The notes under the pieces are model-generated. The model saw only the letters and a program-made list of their open reading frames with translations, ran no database searches and was not told the origin of the DNA. Shown piece after piece: positions 9,109 through 17,160 of a stretch of DNA of 64,000 nt. Source of the DNA: an archaeon (GTDB taxonomy: Archaea; Nanobdellota; Nanobdellia; Woesearchaeales; UBA9642); NCBI GenBank assembly GCA_043806035.1, contig JAZDHK010000033.1, positions 33,003-97,002 on the forward strand, in the 5' to 3' direction. The translations under genes were made by a program, and so were the position numbers. Numbering within the stretch: the first letter of the stretch is position 1; each line of letters starts with the position of its first letter.

Positions 9109-12100
9109 ATGAAACATGCACTGTTCGTGCTAGTGCTGCTAGTCATCCCGCTCGCTCTCGCTGTCGATGTGCTACCAGGTAATCTCGTGACGAACAACGT
9201 CCAACCCACCATACACATCTTCTTCGACAAGAACACATCTGTTACCAACGCATCATTATGGAATGTTTCTGGACGCATGCCCGATACGTTCTTCTCCTAC
9301 GACCATGCCGTGAATGACACGACCCATTGGTATTTCAGCATAGAGCAGCCGTTGGCACACGGCAATTACAGCCTGCGATTCAACGCCACGGATGCACTCA
9401 ACAATTCTGACCCGAACAAGAGAGTTTATTTCTTCATCGACCTCATCAAGCCGAACATCACCGCACTCACCATGTATCCCTGGAGAAACGATTACTTGAA
9501 CGTCAGCAACCAAACTATAACTGTAACGACGATGGATAACCTTCCCGGCGTGCGCCTTATCGATGTCGTGCTGCGCAGGCAATCGACGACAACGAACATC
9601 ACTGCGCAGTTCAGGCAGATTACGTCCTGGGTATTTCAGGGCAATGCATCCATTCCTGATGGGAATTATACGCTGCTCGTGAACATCAGTGATGCTGGGG
9701 GCAATCGCGCAGACAGGAATCTTTCCTTCCTCATGAACGCAGAACCATTTCGCGTATTCTACGTTGCCCCTCCCTTCGGCTACACGGCAATAAACCCGTT
9801 TAATCTCACGCTGGGCACGAACAAGCAAGCCACCTGTTATTACAGCAAGAACAGGAACACGCCTTTCGGCAGCATGCTGCCCTTCACGGAGAGCGACGGC
9901 TTCAATCACCTCATTGCGAGCTTCCTGCTCGATGCAGCAATACAGAATATCACCGTCCAATGCATGATCCAAGAGGGAGGACTGAGTGACAGATTCAGCA
10001 TCGAATTAGGGTATGATGCGACACTGCCGAACATACAGGACATGAGCGTGCATCCCAACAACGGGCAACCCGTTATTAACGAGGACCTTGACAATGCCTA
10101 TCTTCGCGTACTAACTGATGATACGGCGCGATGCAAGTACAGTTTCAGCACGGATAACTATACGGATATGCTTCCGTTCGAAAATTTTTCCCAAGGAATA
10201 TTTGACGTATCAAACGCTCATTTCTTCAATGGGGAGATCGAGAATGGCAACAATTACACGGTCTTTGTACGCTGCGAGAATCGCGCAGGACTAATCAGCA
10301 GCGCACGCACCTTGCCGTTCAGTGTAGACTTGCAGGCAGCGGCAACGATAACCATCATTAGTCCATTGGCATACGTGCACAATCCCAATATTGTGTTCAA
10401 CATCACTACGACAGAAGCCACCACGTGCACGTATGACGGCAGGCCATTCGAGCATGGAGGAGGCACAAGAAATCTCTATACGGATCCCACGTGGTATGAG
10501 GACGGCAGCCACTCCGTCGTCATCGCATGCGAATTCCAGCAAGGCCTGCAAACCAAGAACGTGACGTTCATCGTCGATACCGTGCAGCCCAGCCAAGCCG
10601 TCATTGCCGTGGACAACATCAGCTGCAATCCCGAACGCATCACGGCAAGCTTCTCTGCCAACGACACGAACGGCATTCTCGGATACAATTACACCGTCAG
10701 TGGCCCAGGAGGTGTTGTCAAGGAATGGACATTCGGCAGCAGTGGAGAGTATAGCGGAGACTTGCAGGAGGGTGCCACGTACACGTGGAGGGCATACGCC
10801 ATCGACCGTGCAGGCAATGCAGGTCCTGAAGCCGCGCCCAAGAGTACGCGTGTGCTCAGTCCAGACAGCCTCTCGTGTGACGATACCTCTCCGCAGATTT
10901 CCTTCGATGCAGACACGGATCAAAATCAGATACGCATAATGGTTGATTGTTATGACAGCGATAGTGGCTGTGTCGACACGTTCTGGTATGATCTCAAGCT
11001 GTCCAGCAGCACCGCCTGCACATACACACGCTTGAGAAACATCAGCCAACCCGTGCTGCTCAATGATTCTGCAAAATTCTGTGCATTAGTGAAAGACAAG
11101 GCAGGAAACAATGCGACAAAGAGCGAATTCTTCTCCCTGCACATCAACGCAACGCACTGCAATAATTCGGAGAAGGATGGCGACGAATCCGACACGGACT
11201 GCGGCGGCAGCTGCTTGCCCTGCACGAAAGGGAAGCACTGCACGGACACGCAAGACTGCCTCGCCACGTTGTTTTGTGCCGCAAACAGCATATGCCAGCA
11301 ACCAACATGCAATGACACCATCAAGAATGGCCAAGAGTCAGATGTGGACTGCAGCGGTGATTGTCCTCCTTGTGCGCTCAACAAGACGTGCACAGTAGCG
11401 GTAGACTGCGAAAGCGGCTACTGTGCCAGCGGCAAGTGCAGCGTCGCCTCCTGCAACGACGGTGTGCAGAACGGCAATGAGTCAGACATTGATTGCGGCG
11501 GCCAATGCGTAAAGTGCGAGCTCAACAACCGTTGCGTGGTAGATGCTGACTGCATGTCCGGATTGTGCAAGCTGAGTTTCTGCACGAAGAAGATAGACGA
11601 GCAGGAGGTTCTGCCTCCCGAAGAGGCAAGCCACACGGCATCCATCGTGCTGCTCATCATCGGAGGACTGCTCATGCTCGGCGGTGCAGGATATCTGGTG
11701 TATGTCACCAAATTCGCATCACCGCCAGCCACCCCTCCTGCCATGCAGCAGAAACCACCGCAACGACCCGTGCTGCAGCAATCGAAAGGCCGTTTTCATT
11801 TCAAGAAGAGACCATCACTGCTGCCAACGCACTTCGCGCCAGCCCCGGAGAAGAAGCCGGTGCAGGAAGAGTATGTGGATGTTCGTGATTTGCAGACGAA
11901 GTCTGAAGAGAAAAGCGATGCCTTTAAAGAACTGGAAAAAGTGAGTTCTGATGTCAAGGATCCTTTCGCGGCATTGTCCAAAATAGGAGACAAGGCAATA
12001 GCGAATCTTGCGACAAAACGCCAGCTGGATACACAAGACATCGTCACGCTTGTCGAACATGCAGGGCAAGGACAGCAGCAGCTCACCGAGACCGTGCTGA

Positions 12101-12225
12101 AAAAACTCCTCTCAACCAATGCAATAACCAAGAAAGAGATCAGCGATGCGCTCTTCGAGCTTATGGACCAGCAGAAAATACGCTCGGACGATGCGCAGAA
12201 ATTCATGAGCGATCTCGACATCTAG
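9109..12225 (+). CDS. type I membrane surface protein: Sec signal peptide, Ig-like two-Cys modules, 3 Cys-rich repeats, TM helix, ~170-aa cytoplasmic tail
   Basis: GAGGTGAGG SD lies 3 nt upstream of the ATG. N-terminus MKHALFVLVLLVIPLALA|VD. DxAGN motifs (SDAGGN, IDRAGN, KDKAGN). TM helix ASIVLLIIGGLLMLGGAGYLVYV, followed by a Pro-rich then K/E-rich tail. Dense sequons occur only in the ectodomain. Confidence 0.88.
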   Translation: MKHALFVLVLLVIPLALAVDVLPGNLVTNNVQPTIHIFFDKNTSVTNASLWNVSGRMPDTFFSYDHAVNDTTHWYFSIEQPLAHGNYSLRFNATDALNNSDPNKRVYFFIDLIKPNITALTMYPWRNDYLNVSNQTITVTTMDNLPGVRLIDVVLRRQSTTTNITAQFRQITSWVFQGNASIPDGNYTLLVNISDAGGNRADRNLSFLMNAEPFRVFYVAPPFGYTAINPFNLTLGTNKQATCYYSKNRNTPFGSMLPFTESDGFNHLIASFLLDAAIQNITVQCMIQEGGLSDRFSIELGYDATLPNIQDMSVHPNNGQPVINEDLDNAYLRVLTDDTARCKYSFSTDNYTDMLPFENFSQGIFDVSNAHFFNGEIENGNNYTVFVRCENRAGLISSARTLPFSVDLQAAATITIISPLAYVHNPNIVFNITTTEATTCTYDGRPFEHGGGTRNLYTDPTWYEDGSHSVVIACEFQQGLQTKNVTFIVDTVQPSQAVIAVDNISCNPERITASFSANDTNGILGYNYTVSGPGGVVKEWTFGSSGEYSGDLQEGATYTWRAYAIDRAGNAGPEAAPKSTRVLSPDSLSCDDTSPQISFDADTDQNQIRIMVDCYDSDSGCVDTFWYDLKLSSSTACTYTRLRNISQPVLLNDSAKFCALVKDKAGNNATKSEFFSLHINATHCNNSEKDGDESDTDCGGSCLPCTKGKHCTDTQDCLATLFCAANSICQQPTCNDTIKNGQESDVDCSGDCPPCALNKTCTVAVDCESGYCASGKCSVASCNDGVQNGNESDIDCGGQCVKCELNNRCVVDADCMSGLCKLSFCTKKIDEQEVLPPEEASHTASIVLLIIGGLLMLGGAGYLVYVTKFASPPATPPAMQQKPPQRPVLQQSKGRFHFKKRPSLLPTHFAPAPEKKPVQEEYVDVRDLQTKSEEKSDAFKELEKVSSDVKDPFAALSKIGDKAIANLATKRQLDTQDIVTLVEHAGQGQQQLTETVLKKLLSTNAITKKEISDALFELMDQQKIRSDDAQKFMSDLDI
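11158..11583 (+). repeat. three tandem ~47-aa eight-Cys repeats (C-N-x4-[DN]-G-x-E-S-D-x-D-C-[GS]-G-x-C-x2-C ... D-C-x-[ST]-x2-C-x4-C)
   Basis: Read directly from the translation: CNNSEKDGDESDTDCGGSCLPC..., CNDTIKNGQESDVDCSGDCPPC..., CNDGVQNGNESDIDCGGQCVKC... Confidence 0.85.
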
Positions 12226-12431
12226 ACCGGCTTGTTTGCAAGTTTCATTTTTGGCACCGCATCATCAGGTTGTGGGCAAAGCATTTGGCGTAGAAGTGTC
12301 TGGCCTGTTGCCAGATGGTACGCCCGTGTAGGCGGACGCTTATTCTTACCAGAGGCATTCCGCACGTAGCTGCCGACGATCTTCTTGAGGAACGTCTCTT
12401 TAACCTTCTTCCCGCAGATGACGCAGTTCAT
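12222..12431 (-). CDS. small basic CxxC protein, hypothetical (69 aa)
   Basis: ORF only. N-terminal MNCVICGKK, last gene of a three-gene minus-strand island. No recognisable family. Confidence 0.3.
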   Translation of the reverse strand: MNCVICGKKVKETFLKKIVGSYVRNASGKNKRPPTRAYHLATGQTLLRQMLCPQPDDAVPKMKLANKPV

Positions 12432-12462
12432 GAGAGACGAGAGAGAGTAGGCACATTAATAT

Positions 12463-13038
12463 TTATCGTACCAAACAAACAGCTTGGCACTTGTGCTGCG
12501 AGATGACGACGAATACGAGCAATCCCCCGAGCACGAACGAGAACAAAGTATTGAGTGTGAAGCCTTCTGTCATCAGAAAATACAGCGTGCTACTTAGAAA
12601 AGACACAGCACCGATGACAACCAGAGGAAGGAATCGACGCCATGCTTTCGCACGGAACTGCTGCTCGTCATCGACGTAAGAGAAGATGGCAAAATAGATG
12701 CGTCTCCAGGTGTGATGGAAGACACATTTCAGGTGAGTCAACCGGTACCAGTAGAGCCACGGGTGATAGAAAAATCCTGACCGCAGGATGATGATAGTCG
12801 AGAGCCCGAAACCAAAAGCGAGTTTCAACCACAGCGGATACATATAGGCTTGCAATATGAAGAGTAGCAGTGCCATGCAGATACTATAGACTACAAGCAG
12901 AGCTTGCATACTAATCGGCTTGTGGCGGGCTATTTCAGTATAGAACTCTTCAATACGTCGATGAATACTCGTCGCTGACGATTTCTTAACGAGTTCGGCG
13001 ATATCGTCAGCAAGCAGTTTCCGTAAATCAGCGCGCAC
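12463..13038 (-). CDS. hypothetical polytopic membrane protein (191 aa)
   Basis: ORF with about 4-5 hydrophobic helices. No conserved motif recognised. Confidence 0.55.
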   Translation of the reverse strand: MRADLRKLLADDIAELVKKSSATSIHRRIEEFYTEIARHKPISMQALLVVYSICMALLLFILQAYMYPLWLKLAFGFGLSTIIILRSGFFYHPWLYWYRLTHLKCVFHHTWRRIYFAIFSYVDDEQQFRAKAWRRFLPLVVIGAVSFLSSTLYFLMTEGFTLNTLFSFVLGGLLVFVVISQHKCQAVCLVR

Positions 13039-13149
13039 ACAGCTTCTACCCGTTTCAGATATATAAACTTATTGCGAAAAATGCCCTTCTTTATCAAGGT
13101 GGTCGAGGATGTCGTCCATGATCAGACAGAACACATCGATTATATACAT

Positions 13150-13554
13150 TTATTTCATGAAGATCACGAACGCGAAGAACACGAAGACGATGCTCAGGGG
13201 GAAGAAGGTGAAGAACACAAATTTATTCCATCACCACACCTTCCTGCCGTCGAGCATAGCGACAGGCAGCATGTTGAACAAGGCAAGTCATGAGTTAATG
13301 AGCACGCCGAACAGACTGAGGACGTGCCAGATTCCCCGTAACAGCACCAACGGCAAGAAAAACAGTACGAGCAACAGATTCACTGCAGGCCCGACGACGG
13401 AGATGATGCCTTTCTGTTTCTTCGTGATGTGGCCTGAGATGTACACAGCACCCGGAGCGGCGAGGATGAATCCGAACAGACTAATCACCACCCCAGCAAC
13501 AGCATGTTGAAGTATGCACGAAACTCGGCGAAGCAGCTTCCAGACCGCAATCAT
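13150..13554 (-). pseudogene. decayed M50/site-2-protease-like gene with two in-frame TGA codons and a lost HExxH
   Basis: Minus-strand frame reads ...SCILQHAVAG...VVGPAVNLLLV...GVLINS-TGA-LALFNMLPVAMLDGRKVW-TGA-WNKFVFFTFFPLSIVFVFFAFVIFMK-TAA. GPxxN and N-x2-LA-x-FN-x-LP-x3-LDG are the M50 signature blocks and continue in frame across the stops. The position of H-E-x-x-H reads C-I-L-Q-H. Confidence 0.55.
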
Positions 13555-13581
13555 TAAAAGCAACGCATTCCAGGGGACTGT

Positions 13582-14091
13582 ATGAACGCGCAAGTGCAAA
13601 GCCAGATTTTCATTTACATCCTTGTTATAGTAGTTGTCGGTTTGCTGCTCCTGCTCGGCTACAAAGCCATCGGAAACTTGCGTAATGATGCGTGCAAGGT
13701 CAACGAGGTTAGCCTGAAAGCAGAGCTCGAGACTGCAGTCCAGGATAACAGCGCGTACAAGGCGTCTGACGTGAGAACATTCCAGGCGGGCTGTGCAGGC
13801 AGTGTGCTCTGCTTTGCTGACGCTGCTCTGGTAGAGGGCACGGGGGGCGTTGATTTTCCCTTGCAGCTCGGCAGGCCCGCAACGTATTTTTTTTACGTCA
13901 ATGACAGCATGAATGCGCACGTGCTAAGAAATGTGTTCATCCTGGACAATGAAGGCACGATGAACGAGCGGGCAATATTCATTCCTCGCGTCGAGGTGGA
14001 GCAGAACCTCACCTGCATCGAGGCAGTGCAGGGACTGTTCAAGGTGCGTTTTGAGGGCACGGGCAAGGGAACGAAGGTTTTCCCTGGGTGA
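13582..14091 (+). CDS. class III signal peptide (pilin-like) protein P1, 169 aa
   Basis: MNA|QVQSQIFIYILVIVVVGLLLLLGY N-terminus. An ATTAAAAG TATA-like box sits about 25 nt upstream. First gene of a tightly packed unit. Confidence 0.75.
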   Translation: MNAQVQSQIFIYILVIVVVGLLLLLGYKAIGNLRNDACKVNEVSLKAELETAVQDNSAYKASDVRTFQAGCAGSVLCFADAALVEGTGGVDFPLQLGRPATYFFYVNDSMNAHVLRNVFILDNEGTMNERAIFIPRVEVEQNLTCIEAVQGLFKVRFEGTGKGTKVFPG

Positions 14092-14094
14092 AGT

Positions 14095-15141
14095 ATGCAA
14101 AGAGGTGTGTTTGAGATCCAGTTCAACTGGATCTTCGTCATCATAGCAGGAGGCGTCATCCTCTTCTTTTTCCTGTCATTGATTAGCAAGCAGAAGGCGA
14201 CGAGCGACGAGTCCATCAACCAGGACGTGCTGCGCAGGCTCGACACCATCCTCATCAGCACCGAGCAAGGCTATCAGACGTACAAGGAATTGCATCTTGT
14301 CAAGACACAACTGACGTTCACATGCGAGGATACGTCTCCATCGCTGACGACGCAAGGCATCATCAGCAATTTGCAGATAGGCAGCTTCTCTGTTGACACA
14401 CCGACGCAGATACTCTTCACGCCACCCTCGCTCAATACGGACACGTTCCAATTATGGACGGACACATGGGACCAGCCGTTCCGCGTTTTGCCCTTTCTCT
14501 ACGTGACCGCCCCAGAAGTGTCCTTTTACATCGTCGAAACCACTCCGCCAGATCGTTCGCAGGAAATCTATGAATTACTGCCCGCAAATGTGAGCAAGAA
14601 ACTCATCACTGCTGCAGACATCAATTACTTGCCGAACAAGAACGACCAATACAGTGTGGTCATTTTTCTCGATGCAGCAGTCAATCTCGCAGATCCTCTG
14701 TATACTCCTTCGCAGCTGAAAGGTGACGTACGGGCAGTCAAGGTGGAATCTACTGGGGATGCTGGTGAGGTGACGTTTTACAAGAAATCGTTTGTGGGGA
14801 ATTTTTTCGAAAACGGGACGCTGCCTTTCATAGGCAACGAGATGCTCCTCGGGTCGATAGTGGCTGCGGACGCGCAGGCATACGCGTGCAATGTCAAGAA
14901 GGCGCTCGTGCGCTACAAGACCATTACTGAATTGCACCTTGCCCGGGTAATAAACCTGTCTGGCATGACCGATCCTACCTGCATAGGACCGTTGACCGCA
15001 GGACGAAGGACGCTCGAGTCCATGAACACAACGCTCAATTTCACAACGTCAGCGTTCCAGATGCTTGATTTATGCAGTACAGATTTGCAGACGAGCAATG
15101 AAGATCTCGTGAGAGGAAGACGATGCCCACTCATCTACTGA
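14095..15141 (+). CDS. pilin-like protein P2, 348 aa
   Basis: GGGTGA SD. MQRG|VFEIQFNWIFVIIAGGVILFFFLSLI. 3-nt gap after P1. Confidence 0.8.
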   Translation: MQRGVFEIQFNWIFVIIAGGVILFFFLSLISKQKATSDESINQDVLRRLDTILISTEQGYQTYKELHLVKTQLTFTCEDTSPSLTTQGIISNLQIGSFSVDTPTQILFTPPSLNTDTFQLWTDTWDQPFRVLPFLYVTAPEVSFYIVETTPPDRSQEIYELLPANVSKKLITAADINYLPNKNDQYSVVIFLDAAVNLADPLYTPSQLKGDVRAVKVESTGDAGEVTFYKKSFVGNFFENGTLPFIGNEMLLGSIVAADAQAYACNVKKALVRYKTITELHLARVINLSGMTDPTCIGPLTAGRRTLESMNTTLNFTTSAFQMLDLCSTDLQTSNEDLVRGRRCPLIY

Positions 15142-15605
15142 AGAAAGGACAATTGCAAATGCTCGAAAGCATAGGTGTCATCATCATCATAACCTTCCTC
15201 ATCTTCTTCAGCTTCAGCATCTACCAACGATTCCATGCCAGCGAGATAGCCAGGAAAAATCAGCAGCAGAACCAGCTTTCTGCCATCGATGTTGCAAATA
15301 GGATAGGGGAACTGCCAGAACTGCAGTGCAGCCACGTCGATGTTGTTACTGTAGGCTGTTTTGACCTGGTGAAAGTGCAAACCTTCGCAGCATTCGCAAC
15401 GTCTCCAGCATTCAGGCTCATGTACTATCCCCTCTTGAGGGAGAGCAGCATTACCGTCTACGAGACGTATCCTTCCCCACACAACTTCACCATCTACGAG
15501 CAGAATGCCACGAACACCAGCATACCATTCTTCATGCCTATAACTATCTACCACCCGCAAGAGCGAACGTATGGCTTCGGCTACATCGAGGTGCTCAAGG
15601 AATGA
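15123..15605 (+). CDS. pilin-like protein P3, 160 aa
   Basis: MPTHLLKKG|QLQMLESIGVIIIITFLIFFSF. 19-nt overlap with P2. Confidence 0.75.
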   Translation: MPTHLLKKGQLQMLESIGVIIIITFLIFFSFSIYQRFHASEIARKNQQQNQLSAIDVANRIGELPELQCSHVDVVTVGCFDLVKVQTFAAFATSPAFRLMYYPLLRESSITVYETYPSPHNFTIYEQNATNTSIPFFMPITIYHPQERTYGFGYIEVLKE

Positions 15606-16087
15606 AAGCACAGATGGAAATCATGGGGTTAGCTGTCATCGTCGTCCTCATTGCCCTGGGCATTTTCATCTTCATCGGATTGTCGGCACGGTTCGGCGAG
15701 GTCAACCAGATTGTGAAACCCGAAGCGTACAATGACGAGCGTCTAGCGACGACGTACGTTGATGCGCTCCTTCGAACATCCGTCCCTAGCTGTCATGCCT
15801 TGCATGTCGATGAACTGCTTCGCGACTGCGCCTTGAATAACAGGACGTGCGGTGCTTTGGGTAGTTGTGAGCTCGTGCAACTCGTCATCGAAAATGTCAC
15901 CAACGCCACGCTGGACGTGTGGGGGAAGAACTATTCCTTGAACGTCACGTATCCGTTGGGCACGAAAGGGATAAGCTTCAGCAAAGGACCTCCTTGCGTG
16001 CGAAGGTATGGTGTGGAGCCGTACACGGTGAGACTTCATCCGTTTCCGGGAGATGTGCTTGTAGAATTGTCCCTCTGCAAAAAATGA
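15602..16087 (+). CDS. pilin-like protein P4, 161 aa
   Basis: ATGA overlap with the P3 stop. MKA|QMEIMGLAVIVVLIALGIFIFIGL. Confidence 0.78.
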   Translation: MKAQMEIMGLAVIVVLIALGIFIFIGLSARFGEVNQIVKPEAYNDERLATTYVDALLRTSVPSCHALHVDELLRDCALNNRTCGALGSCELVQLVIENVTNATLDVWGKNYSLNVTYPLGTKGISFSKGPPCVRRYGVEPYTVRLHPFPGDVLVELSLCKK

Positions 16088-16103
16088 TGTGCTAAGAACA
16101 AAC

Positions 16104-16111
16104 AATATAAA
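16104..16111 (+). promoter_or_regulatory. TATA-like box (AATATAAA) about 27 nt upstream of the 31-aa ORF
   Basis: Spacing matches the other leaderless starts in this window. Confidence 0.4.
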
Positions 16112-16133
16112 CGTGTACGTCGGTTGAATCATT

Positions 16134-16229
16134 ATGACTATCGGTTTTTGGGCAAAGTTGCTCTTCATCTGCATCGTCTTGGGAGCACTCATCGTTATGA
16201 CAATAAAACTCGTGGGCATATTTTCGTGA
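16134..16229 (+). CDS. 31-aa hydrophobic micro-ORF s1 (below the ORF-track cutoff)
   Basis: ATG ACT ATC GGT ... TCG TGA translates to MTIGFWAKLLFICIVLGALIVMTIKLVGIFS. A TATA box sits at about -27. It ends 4 nt before P5. Confidence 0.35.
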   Translation: MTIGFWAKLLFICIVLGALIVMTIKLVGIFS

Positions 16230-16233
16230 ATGC

Positions 16234-17160
16234 ATGGAAACTAAACCTTTGGCAACGGTTATTATGGCAGTCATCATAGCCGTGCTACTCTTAGGGATGC
16301 TTGCATACTCTATCGCTACTATCAAGAAGTTTGAGGACAGGGACAAGTGCAGGCTCACCTCGTGGGCGCAGGCGAACAGCCAATACCAGCCAGGCATTGC
16401 AGGCATCATTCCAGGACCAAAGTTCGATTTAGGATTACGCCAAGACTGCCCAACCTATTACGTGACGTTCACCAAGGACAAGGTCACGGAGAGGAAAAGC
16501 AACAGCGACGACACGGAAGTGCTCAGCGTCTATGACAGCACACGGGGGAAACTGGTACAAAAGTACAAGCAGCTCACACCAGACATGGTCAACAGCGTCG
16601 TCGCAGAACAAATGCGTTACTGCTACTACCAGTTCTGGGAAGGCAAAGTGCCTGTCTTTTACAACAAGTATACGGACATCAATGTTTTATCAACGATTGC
16701 ATTCGGTGTTGTTGGTGTTGCACTGACCCATGCGAACAACGTCCGCTGCTTTCCCTGTGCGGAATTGCACTTCAGCGACAGTGTTGATTATGACTCAAAC
16801 AAAGGCAGTGGTCTGTCCGTGCAAAACCTTCCAGAAACACAACTCCCCCCTTCTGAAAATACGGCAAGCATAGGCTATTATTTGGTCAACAGGAAAGGCA
16901 AGAACATGAACAGCACGTATTTTGATTATTTGAACAGCTACAACGGCTACTGCCAACTTACGACGGGCAAGCAGGGAAGCTGCCTGGCTGAAGAGCTCAA
17001 TGACATGGACATAGATCCCTATCTCGTGCTGGAAAAAGACAAGTACTACAAAGTCTTGCTTATCAGGAGGGGAGAGGAACGGGACGAGTACACCATAACA
17101 TCGTATGTTGTCCCTGCTGATCGGGAAGCAAAGATATGCACGGAGGGCATGGTGTCATGA
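16234..17160 (+). CDS. N-terminally anchored secreted protein P5, 308 aa (paralog of P6)
   Basis: METKPLATVIMAVIIAVLLLGMLAYSIA, with no clear K/R-G motif. Shares EQMRYCYYQFWEGKVPVF ... VRCFPCAELHF with P6. Confidence 0.78.
   Translation: METKPLATVIMAVIIAVLLLGMLAYSIATIKKFEDRDKCRLTSWAQANSQYQPGIAGIIPGPKFDLGLRQDCPTYYVTFTKDKVTERKSNSDDTEVLSVYDSTRGKLVQKYKQLTPDMVNSVVAEQMRYCYYQFWEGKVPVFYNKYTDINVLSTIAFGVVGVALTHANNVRCFPCAELHFSDSVDYDSNKGSGLSVQNLPETQLPPSENTASIGYYLVNRKGKNMNSTYFDYLNSYNGYCQLTTGKQGSCLAEELNDMDIDPYLVLEKDKYYKVLLIRRGEERDEYTITSYVVPADREAKICTEGMVS

Noticed and set aside
230-9121. Numerous 60-240 aa ORFs on both strands inside the giant gene and the 1038-aa gene (for example 7286..7804 -, 4838..5332 -, 9256..9972 -, 10291..11049 -)
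   Set aside because: They are shadow ORFs of a long coding frame, with low-complexity or Arg/Cys-rich translations and no start signals.
13234-13290. TGA read as a sense codon (alternative genetic code or selenocysteine) to rescue the M50-like gene
   Set aside because: All conserved genes in the window (ribosomal proteins, RNR, IMPDH, SufB/C, PCNA) are full length under the standard code. Many genes end in TGA directly followed by an SD and start codon. The HExxH site is also lost, so decay is the simpler explanation.
13288-13920. Full 210-aa minus-strand ORF from the track
   Set aside because: Its N-terminal half is antisense to the pilin-like gene P1 and has no protein-like features. Only the part downstream of Met at 13554 resembles a protein (M50 remnant).
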